Below are positions 36,033 through 41,054 of a stretch of 41,054 bases of DNA, piece by piece. How positions within the stretch are numbered: position 1 is the stretch's first letter; each line of letters starts with the position of its first letter. The stretch is taken from positions 1 to 41,054 of IMG/VR virus record IMGVR_UViG_3300031150_000003. The stretch is one strand, 5' to 3'. The notes below the pieces were generated by a model. It was not told the DNA's origin. It saw only the letters and a list, made by a program, of their open reading frames with translations, and made no database searches. This stretch comes from a virus. Taxonomy: Duplodnaviria > Caudoviricetes. Both the position numbers and the translations under genes were made by a program.

Positions 36033-36527
36033 TCAGTTCAGTTTATCCCAGCCGTACTTCGCAATCAGCAGGGCCTCGGCCCGGTTGTGGTCCTTCACCC
36101 GCTCGAGCAGCTTCGCGGCCGGCGGCCACAGGCGGATGGCGCGGGCCCGGGCCTGTTCCTTCGAGTCCGACAGCTCGAGCGCTTTCTTCCAGTCCCGCGG
36201 CCGCACGAGCTCGTGCGCGTAGTGGCGGGCTGCCACGACGCCCTCGATGTGGCCGGCGGTCAGGAAGGAGGCCGCGGTCGTCGCTGAGTGCTGCCCCGGG
36301 AAGGCGATCGGCGTCTCGATCACGATGTGGATCTCGTTTCGGTCGTAGGCGGCCGTCCAGTCCCTGAGCAGCTGCTCAAGCGCCGCGGCGTTCACCTGGT
36401 TCTTCACGTAGGCGGCCTTGCCGTGGCGCTCCATCACCGGCATGTCGGCGAGGTTTGCGAAGGCGCCTCGGTGGTCGAGCATGGCGATGGCGCCGGTCAG
36501 GCCTGGGTCGATGCCGATCAGGATCAT
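36033..36527 (-). CDS. ruvC: RuvC-like Holliday junction resolvase
   Basis: MILIGIDPGLTGAIA, IVIE, P..WKK, DHNRAEALLIA. Confidence 0.85.
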   Translation of the reverse strand: MILIGIDPGLTGAIAMLDHRGAFANLADMPVMERHGKAAYVKNQVNAAALEQLLRDWTAAYDRNEIHIVIETPIAFPGQHSATTAASFLTAGHIEGVVAARHYAHELVRPRDWKKALELSDSKEQARARAIRLWPPAAKLLERVKDHNRAEALLIAKYGWDKLN

Positions 36528-37510
36528 GGCTGCTCGCTCATGTAAGCGCGGATGAATTCCGCTGCTTGCGGAGCGACGATGCTGTTCCCTGCGGCGCGCA
36601 GGACGCCCACTCTGCCGGGATACCCATGAGCCAGAGGGAAAAGTCCGGGTTTAGTTGGCCGCGCTTTTCCGTCTCGGCAGGGGAGCCATTCTGAGGGGTG
36701 CCAAAATCCGTTAACTGGTGCGCCTGCCTCGGCAGTTGATCGAGTCGCGTTCTCTCGCTGCCGTCCGGGTTCGTTCCGGTCGTCGCCATGCCAGGCGAGT
36801 CCTTGTGATCCCTGCTGCTCGGCGTCGCCCATGTCGCCAGAACCGATAGATTCTCGCCTCCCTGCCGCGCTGTCTCGCTCACTCCGGTATCGTTCATTTG
36901 CGGAGTCGGCCAACTCACCAGTTGCGCCGAGGCTTGTAGATCCCGCGCTGATTGATGGTTTGGATTGCTGCTGACCCCGCGATGCCCATGCGGGCCGATC
37001 CCGGTGTCTGGAGTCGGCCACGAAGTAAAGCCGTTGCCGGATGTGCGGTGCCCCGACGCTGCAAGCCGGAAAACTGACCGCCCCGACGGCGTAATCAAGT
37101 TCTTCGAGCGATAGGCAAACATCGTCGAGCCAGCCTGTTCTAATCGCGGCATCAACTTGCTCACCAAAGACGACTGAAGGGCGGCGCTCGCGGATGAGCC
37201 TATACCAGTGTGGCCATAGGTGGCGCTCATCCGCGTAGCCGCCGCCTTTTCCGGCTGCGCTGAAGGGTTGGCAGGGACAACTGCCGGTCCAGACGGGTCT
37301 ATCGTCCGGCCAACCGGCGAGCCTGAGCGCGTAGCTCCAACCCCCGAGGCCGGCAAAGAAATGGCATTGCGTGAATCCTCGGAGATCTTCGGCGGAAACA
37401 TCGGCAATTGATCGGTCATCGACTTCACCCGGCGCGATCAGGTTCGCGGTGATCAGGTTCCGCAGCCATTGGGCAGTAAACGGCTCGATCTCGTTGTAAT
37501 ACGCTGCCAT
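36524..37510 (-). CDS. DNA (cytosine-5)-methyltransferase, alpha polypeptide (motifs I-VIII and X)
   Basis: FFAGLGG, GSCPCQPFS, GEQV, PHIRQRLYFVA, and C-terminal LRAAGNSIV. Motif IX is not seen in this frame. Confidence 0.88.
   Translation of the reverse strand: MAAYYNEIEPFTAQWLRNLITANLIAPGEVDDRSIADVSAEDLRGFTQCHFFAGLGGWSYALRLAGWPDDRPVWTGSCPCQPFSAAGKGGGYADERHLWPHWYRLIRERRPSVVFGEQVDAAIRTGWLDDVCLSLEELDYAVGAVSFPACSVGAPHIRQRLYFVADSRHRDRPAWASRGQQQSKPSISAGSTSLGATGELADSANERYRSERDSAAGRRESIGSGDMGDAEQQGSQGLAWHGDDRNEPGRQRENATRSTAEAGAPVNGFWHPSEWLPCRDGKARPTKPGLFPLAHGYPGRVGVLRAAGNSIVAPQAAEFIRAYMSEQP
36538..37428 (-). CDS. Nested alternative-frame ORF: probable beta polypeptide (TRD + motif IX) of the C5-methyltransferase
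   Basis: 296 aa open frame entirely inside the MTase gene, with SWPTP/WATP repeats and GQLNPDFSLWLMGIPAEW (motif IX-like). Start may be ATG 37419. Confidence 0.65.
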   Translation of the reverse strand: MKSMTDQLPMFPPKISEDSRNAISLPASGVGATRSGSPVGRTIDPSGPAVVPANPSAQPEKAAATRMSATYGHTGIGSSASAALQSSLVSKLMPRLEQAGSTMFAYRSKNLITPSGRSVFRLAASGHRTSGNGFTSWPTPDTGIGPHGHRGVSSNPNHQSARDLQASAQLVSWPTPQMNDTGVSETARQGGENLSVLATWATPSSRDHKDSPGMATTGTNPDGSERTRLDQLPRQAHQLTDFGTPQNGSPAETEKRGQLNPDFSLWLMGIPAEWASCAPQGTASSLRKQRNSSALT

Positions 37511-37843
37511 TCACGTCGCCCTCCACAGCGGCACGGGGTGTGCGTGGGTCTTTGCGCTCTGCGCCTTCACGTAGCGGCCGGTGTTCACAACGAGGCCAGA
37601 CTTCGCCGCCCGCGCGGCGAGGGCGCCGTAGGCTTTCGATGATCTCGGGCTCGGCCCGCCTCTGGCGAGCCAGCTCGCCCGCCACTGCTCCATGGTCGCT
37701 TCGCCTTGGCGGGCGACGAAGGCGACGAAGTCCTGCAGGGCGTCGTCTGCCCAGGTTCTCGATCGATCGGCGGCGCGCTGGATCCCGGCGTCGCGCGCGG
37801 CGCGCGCGGTGCCGATGTCGAGTGCGAGTTGCTGCTGGTTCAT
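37511..37843 (-). CDS. Hypothetical protein (110 aa)
   Basis: ATGA-coupled to the replication gene; typical phage small protein. Confidence 0.7.
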   Translation of the reverse strand: MNQQQLALDIGTARAARDAGIQRAADRSRTWADDALQDFVAFVARQGEATMEQWRASWLARGGPSPRSSKAYGALAARAAKSGLVVNTGRYVKAQSAKTHAHPVPLWRAT

Positions 37844-38760
37844 GTGCTCAGATCCTCCAGGGAGAAGCGCTGGCGCTCGTTTCCTTGGCGCACGCCGAGG
37901 TACTTGGGCTTCACGCCGGCAATCATCTTCGCGTAGCTGCGCGCGGCCGTCTTGGCGATCTCGACCATGTTGCCGGCCGGGACTTGGTCGAGTTCCCGGA
38001 TCACGGACCCAGCCGCATCCAGCAGCGCGACCCTGGCGGTGGTCGGCGGCTGCGGCCTCGAGGCCGTGGTGGCTGCCTGCAGCTCGACCCAGAGCTTCTC
38101 GGCGTCCCGGATCAGGAAGTCGAGGCTGTGCTTGGTGCGCGCGTAGAACGGCTCGGCGTGGCCGAGGTAGTGCTGGACCACGGCCACGGCGTGCTCGGCG
38201 CCGACTCTGGCCACGAGGTTCGCCAGCTGGCCGTTCGCCTTCGCGCTCGGCGGGTAGTCGCCTTGGTAGCGGGCCTTGATGCCTTCCTGGTAGGCCCGGA
38301 AGGCGGCTGCGACCGGGCTGGGCATGGCCCGGCCCGCCTCATGGTGGTTCTCTTTACTGACGGTTCTTGATGATTCGGGTGCAATAGCTGTTGCACCCTT
38401 ATTTACGTCTGGTTGCACCCTTCCGGGGTCTTTCGTGCTGGATTCTGCAGGGTGCAGATTTTGCACCCTACCCACTACATCTCGTGGTATCAGCTCGATC
38501 GGGATCCGGTATCTTGTGGCCTTCCCAGCGCCTGATCCGCCGCGTTCGACTACCTGCAGCCATCCGATCTTTAGCATGGCCTTCAGGTGGTATTGAACGG
38601 TGCGCTCGGACTGCTGGGTCTTGGCGGCGAGCCTCTGGACGCTCGGGTAGATGCGGCCTCCGGTGTCGTCAGCATGGTCGGAAAGTGCTAGTGCCGTCAG
38701 GTACTCGCCCCCGCCGAGCGGGAAGTGGTCCCAGACGAGCGCCGTTACCTTGACGCTCAT
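37840..38760 (-). CDS. Phage replication initiator (N-terminal winged HTH)
   Basis: MSVKV...VW, LALSDHADD.G..YPSV.RLA.KT..SERTVQ..LK; internal iterons; downstream of cro. Confidence 0.85.
   Translation of the reverse strand: MSVKVTALVWDHFPLGGGEYLTALALSDHADDTGGRIYPSVQRLAAKTQQSERTVQYHLKAMLKIGWLQVVERGGSGAGKATRYRIPIELIPRDVVGRVQNLHPAESSTKDPGRVQPDVNKGATAIAPESSRTVSKENHHEAGRAMPSPVAAAFRAYQEGIKARYQGDYPPSAKANGQLANLVARVGAEHAVAVVQHYLGHAEPFYARTKHSLDFLIRDAEKLWVELQAATTASRPQPPTTARVALLDAAGSVIRELDQVPAGNMVEIAKTAARSYAKMIAGVKPKYLGVRQGNERQRFSLEDLST
38377..38469. repeat. Replication origin iterons inside the initiator gene
   Basis: Five TGCACCC half-sites: inverted pair 38377-38398, single copy 38413-38420, inverted pair 38449-38469, in a locally AT-richer stretch. 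Confidence 0.7.
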
Positions 38761-38951
38761 CGCGCGGCGTGGATCTTCGGGTACATGCTCGGGTCGACGT
38801 GCAGGCGCCCGGCGGTCAGCACCTGGAGCTTGTAGGCGACGCCCTCAGGGATGATCTCTGGCCACTTGTTGACGGCCTGCTTGCTGATCTCGAGTGCCTC
38901 CGCGACGGCCTGCTCGGATCCGAAGTGTTCGACGACCGTCTCTTTTCGCAT
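38757..38951 (-). CDS. cro: Cro-like HTH regulator (64 aa)
   Basis: MRKETVVEHFGSEQAVAEALEISKQAVNKWPEIIPEGVAYKLQVLTAGRL, a typical Cro pattern. First gene of the leftward operon. Confidence 0.85.
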   Translation of the reverse strand: MRKETVVEHFGSEQAVAEALEISKQAVNKWPEIIPEGVAYKLQVLTAGRLHVDPSMYPKIHAAR

Positions 38952-38958
38952 AGTCGGC

Positions 38959-38987
38959 AACATACCCGCGTTTTGGCCGCCAGTCAA
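38959..38987 (-). promoter_or_regulatory. Sigma70 promoter for the cro operon (probably leaderless)
   Basis: TTGACT-N17-TATGTT; the cro ATG follows after a 7-nt spacer; no SD. Confidence 0.7.
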
Positions 38988-38999
38988 CACGTGTTGACT
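38982..38999. promoter_or_regulatory. Perfect 18-bp palindrome (operator) containing both divergent -35 boxes
   Basis: AGTCAACAC|GTGTTGACT. Confidence 0.75.
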
Positions 39000-39022
39000 T
39001 TCTTCGGCGCCTATGGTCTTAT
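38994..39022 (+). promoter_or_regulatory. Putative rightward sigma70 promoter
   Basis: TTGACT-N17-TCTTAT with an extended -10 TG. Confidence 0.5.
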
Positions 39023-39066
39023 GCGTCCGTGGCCCCGCATCCCGCGGGGTGAAACTGGAGAACGAA

Positions 39067-39483
39067 ATGGCCACCTTGAAACAGCAGCTCCCGCAAATCC
39101 GCGACGCGATCAATGCCGCCCTCGAGGCCGCAGGCGTCGCCAAGCAGTTCAACCTGAAGTCTCTCGTCGCCGGCAATTGCCGGTTCGATCCTGATGCCGG
39201 TTCGTTCACCTTTAAGGTGGACGGTGTCGTCGCCGGCGCCATCGGTAAGGAAGGCGCGCTGTACGAGCAGCTGCGGCAGTGCGAGCCGAGCCTGCCGCCG
39301 TTGTTCACCGTGATTCCCGGGACCGATGATTACATCGTCGGCTGCAATCCGAGCGGGACCAAGATCATCACCATGCGCAACGAAAAGCGCTACCAGTGGC
39401 CGTTGCTCTCCGTGCGTCGGCGCTTTGGCGTCGTCTCGGAGCCGTCGCTGTCAGAGCAGCGCGCGATGGGGGTGTCGTCGTGA
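39067..39483 (+). CDS. Hypothetical early protein (138 aa)
   Basis: GGAG RBS, ATG 39067. No HTH or peptidase motif, so not a CI repressor. Confidence 0.7.
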   Translation: MATLKQQLPQIRDAINAALEAAGVAKQFNLKSLVAGNCRFDPDAGSFTFKVDGVVAGAIGKEGALYEQLRQCEPSLPPLFTVIPGTDDYIVGCNPSGTKIITMRNEKRYQWPLLSVRRRFGVVSEPSLSEQRAMGVSS

Positions 39484-39752
39484 GCGCGACCGTCACCACG
39501 CTGCGCCCTGTCGCCGAGATCGTCGGCACGATGGACGTGCGCGTCGACCGCGTCTACGGCAACTTGACCGTCTATCCGGCCTGCCCGCGCGCCGAGGTGC
39601 TGGCGCGCATCGCCGGCACGAAGACGCTCACGCTCGATGCGCTCGCCGATGCGCGGCGCCTCGGCTTCCAGATCCGCTTCGCCGAAGGCTCGTCGGCCGT
39701 CATGGCCGAGCGGCTGGACCGGCTGCTTGCAATCGTGCGGGAGAGGCCATGA
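39480..39752 (+). CDS. Hypothetical early protein (90 aa)
   Basis: GTGA coupling; VYG...YPAC..A...ARIAGTKTLT, a phage small-protein pattern. Confidence 0.65.
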   Translation: MSATVTTLRPVAEIVGTMDVRVDRVYGNLTVYPACPRAEVLARIAGTKTLTLDALADARRLGFQIRFAEGSSAVMAERLDRLLAIVRERP

Positions 39753-39898
39753 TCGACGATCTCGACGTCTGGGCGCAGTGGGCGCGCCGGCAGCGCCGGT
39801 ACGACGCCATCTGGGACACGGTAGAGTGGCTCGCCCTCTGGGCGGTCGTGCTCGCCCTTGCCTACGCCGTGCTCCTGCTCGCTCGAGTGGCGGCGTGA
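39749..39898 (+). CDS. Small membrane protein (49 aa)
   Basis: GGAGAGG RBS, ATGA overlap, C-terminal hydrophobic helix. Confidence 0.6.
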   Translation: MIDDLDVWAQWARRQRRYDAIWDTVEWLALWAVVLALAYAVLLLARVAA

Positions 39899-40056
39899 AG
39901 CCGAAGTTCACCGATTCCGCGCGCTACCCTCGAGGCTACGTGCGCTCGGATGCGACCGACGTGGCGAAGACCTTCGAGCGGGCCCGGCGCGCGCTCGAGA
40001 CGCAGCGCGCGGTCACTGGGCGCAAGGTCACGCCGATCAAGAAGGCCGAGAAGTGA
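39895..40056 (+). CDS. Hypothetical protein (53 aa)
   Basis: GTGA coupling; YV.SDATDVAKTFERARR motif. Confidence 0.55.
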   Translation: MKPKFTDSARYPRGYVRSDATDVAKTFERARRALETQRAVTGRKVTPIKKAEK

Positions 40057-40364
40057 GCGCTGCCAGGGTTGACGAGGCCTTCCGCAGCATCCTGGCTGGC
40101 GAGGATTTCGCCCAGCCGCTGGGCGCCTACGTCGAGGCCTTTGTGGACATAGAGCGGCCCCGCGGAAGGCTGACCCGCGTCAGTGCCATTCTGGCAGATC
40201 CCGAGCCCGACGTGGGGCATCCGAGGCCTGTCATCAAGTCGGTGCGGGCGGTGCGTGACGATGGAGTCATCGTGCCGATCACGACCGAGGAAGTCCGAGC
40301 GCTCGCGGATCGCTTCGAGCGCGCCTACTACCGTTGGAGGGATCGTGGAGTTCGGAAAAGCTGA
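40053..40364 (+). CDS. Hypothetical protein (103 aa)
   Basis: GTGA coupling, open frame. Confidence 0.55.
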   Translation: MSAARVDEAFRSILAGEDFAQPLGAYVEAFVDIERPRGRLTRVSAILADPEPDVGHPRPVIKSVRAVRDDGVIVPITTEEVRALADRFERAYYRWRDRGVRKS

Positions 40365-40578
40365 CCGGAACCTGCTGGTGCGCGTAGGGCGGTGCTTGAA
40401 GGAGCAGGCCGACGACTTGGAGCGGTCCTGCGGGGCCGACTGGTCGCTCGACGCCGATCACGTGCAGGCGAAGAAGGACCACGACCGGCTGCGGCGCGAG
40501 GAGCGCGATCTCGCGGCCTTCAGGAAGCGCCTCGAAGCCCTCGTTGTTCCACAGCAATCACATCAGGAGGAAACATGA
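40345..40578 (+). CDS. Hypothetical protein (77 aa)
   Basis: GGAGG RBS before GTG 40345, ATGA coupling to the next gene. Confidence 0.55.
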   Translation: MEFGKADRNLLVRVGRCLKEQADDLERSCGADWSLDADHVQAKKDHDRLRREERDLAAFRKRLEALVVPQQSHQEET

Positions 40579-40862
40579 TAGGTCGTTATTGCATGGTCCG
40601 TACCTACAGCGCCGGCGTGTTCGCTGGCACCGTCAAATCGCGCAACGGCAAAGAGGTTGTGCTGGCTGGCGCCCGCCGGATTTGGTACTGGAAAGGCGCT
40701 GCGAGCCTGAGTCAGCTCGCTGCCGAAGGAACGAGCGCTCCGAAGCAGTGCAAATTTCCAATTCCGGTCGAGGAAGTGCTGCTCACTGAAGTGATCGAGA
40801 TCATCCCGATCACTGATGCTGCGCGTGCCTCTATCGCCAGCGTGCCAGTATGGCGCGAGTAA
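40575..40862 (+). CDS. Conserved phage protein (DUF6948-like)
   Basis: MIGRYCMVRTYSAGVFAG...ARRIWYWKGAASLSQLA.EG...LTEVIEIIP; AGGAGG RBS. Confidence 0.75.
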   Translation: MIGRYCMVRTYSAGVFAGTVKSRNGKEVVLAGARRIWYWKGAASLSQLAAEGTSAPKQCKFPIPVEEVLLTEVIEIIPITDAARASIASVPVWRE

Positions 40863-40969
40863 AAGACGGGTACGGGTACGGGTACGGGGACGGGTCCGGG
40901 TACGGGTACGGGGACGGGTCCGGGGACGGGTCCGGGTCCGGGGACGGGTACGGGTACGGGTACGGGTAA
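40850..40969 (+). CDS. Gly-X repeat peptide (39 aa)
   Basis: MARVKDGYGYGYGDGSGYGYGDGSGDGSGSGDGYGYGYG*, overlapping the upstream stop. Confidence 0.5.
   Translation: MARVKDGYGYGYGDGSGYGYGDGSGDGSGSGDGYGYGYG
40865..40966 (+). repeat. 17 tandem hexamers (GAC/TAC/TCC)GGG
   Basis: Directly visible; 17 G3 tracts with 3-nt spacers. Confidence 0.95.
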
Positions 40970-40973
40970 ACCA

Positions 40974-41054
40974 ATGCCATCCGAAACCTTCGAGATCCGG
41001 CGCGCCGAGCGTAAGCAGGCGCGGCTGCGCCTTGCGGTGTGCGCGGCATCGGGG
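40974..41054 (+). CDS. N-terminus of a probable AAA/Sak4-like recombination ATPase (truncated by the window)
   Basis: MPSETFEIRRAERKQARLRLAVCAASG resembles the F....A.R.....R.al.g.SG lead-in to Walker A. Confidence 0.55.
   Translation, partial: MPSETFEIRRAERKQARLRLAVCAASG

Larger units (their letters stand above)
1..41054. mobile_element. Tailed dsDNA phage/prophage genome segment (podovirus-type, BPP-1-like virion module)
   Basis: Terminase, T7-type portal, scaffold, capsid, tail tubular A/B, ejection proteins, cro/replication module. No host housekeeping genes or att sites seen. Confidence 0.95.

Noticed and set aside
10-38370. Many long plus-strand ORFs (e.g. 57-1160, 5658-7274, 8519-10057, 12584-14146, 15075-16961, 20232-21563)
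   Set aside because: Antisense shadows of GC3-rich minus-strand genes: no RBS or motifs, and fully overlapped by well-supported genes.
38952-39308. 183-aa extended version of cro in the ORF track
   Set aside because: The extension crosses the divergent promoters and overlaps the plus-strand gene; Cro similarity starts at M38951.
40865-40966. Possible CRISPR array or telomere-like repeat
   Set aside because: 6-bp units with no unique spacers; no cas genes; it reads as a short Gly-X ORF.
1-41054. Diversity-generating retroelement (as in BPP-1), tRNAs, integrase, att sites, lysis cassette
   Set aside because: No reverse transcriptase, TR/VR pair, cloverleaf, recombinase or holin/endolysin recognised in this window; they may lie outside it.

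Overview
The whole 41-kb window is part of a high-GC tailed dsDNA (pro)phage genome with a podovirus-type virion module (T7-type portal and tail tubular proteins; BPP-1-like gene order). Nearly all genes are on the minus strand. A divergent control region at ~38960-39020 drives a translationally coupled leftward operon: cro, a replication initiator with internal iterons, a C5-methyltransferase with a nested overlapping ORF, ruvC, a nearly complete pseudaminic-acid-type (nonulosonic acid) synthesis cluster, a ParB-MTase and TerS. The cluster contains PseB, an HNH-fused PseC-like aminotransferase, PseF, a Pse-associated methylase, a PseA/WbuX amidotransferase, a HisF-like protein, a GNAT and PseI. 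Between TerS and TerL lie three Ser/Thr-rich small proteins, two paralogous CstII/Maf-like putative nonulosonate transferases and an anti-CBASS Acb2 sponge. Then come TerL, portal, scaffold, a structured RNA leader, major capsid, tail tubes, ejection proteins and a >2390-aa polyvalent protein (absent from the ORF track) that runs off the left edge. Small early genes, a (GGG-NNC)17 repeat peptide and the start of a probable Sak4-like ATPase lie on the plus strand at the right end. The main candidate novel system is a phage-encoded pathway that would make, activate and transfer a modified pseudaminic-acid-like sugar, probably onto its own Ser/Thr-rich virion surface proteins. No integrase, CI repressor, lysis genes or tail fibre are visible in this window. 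All family calls come from motif recognition by eye, not database searches.
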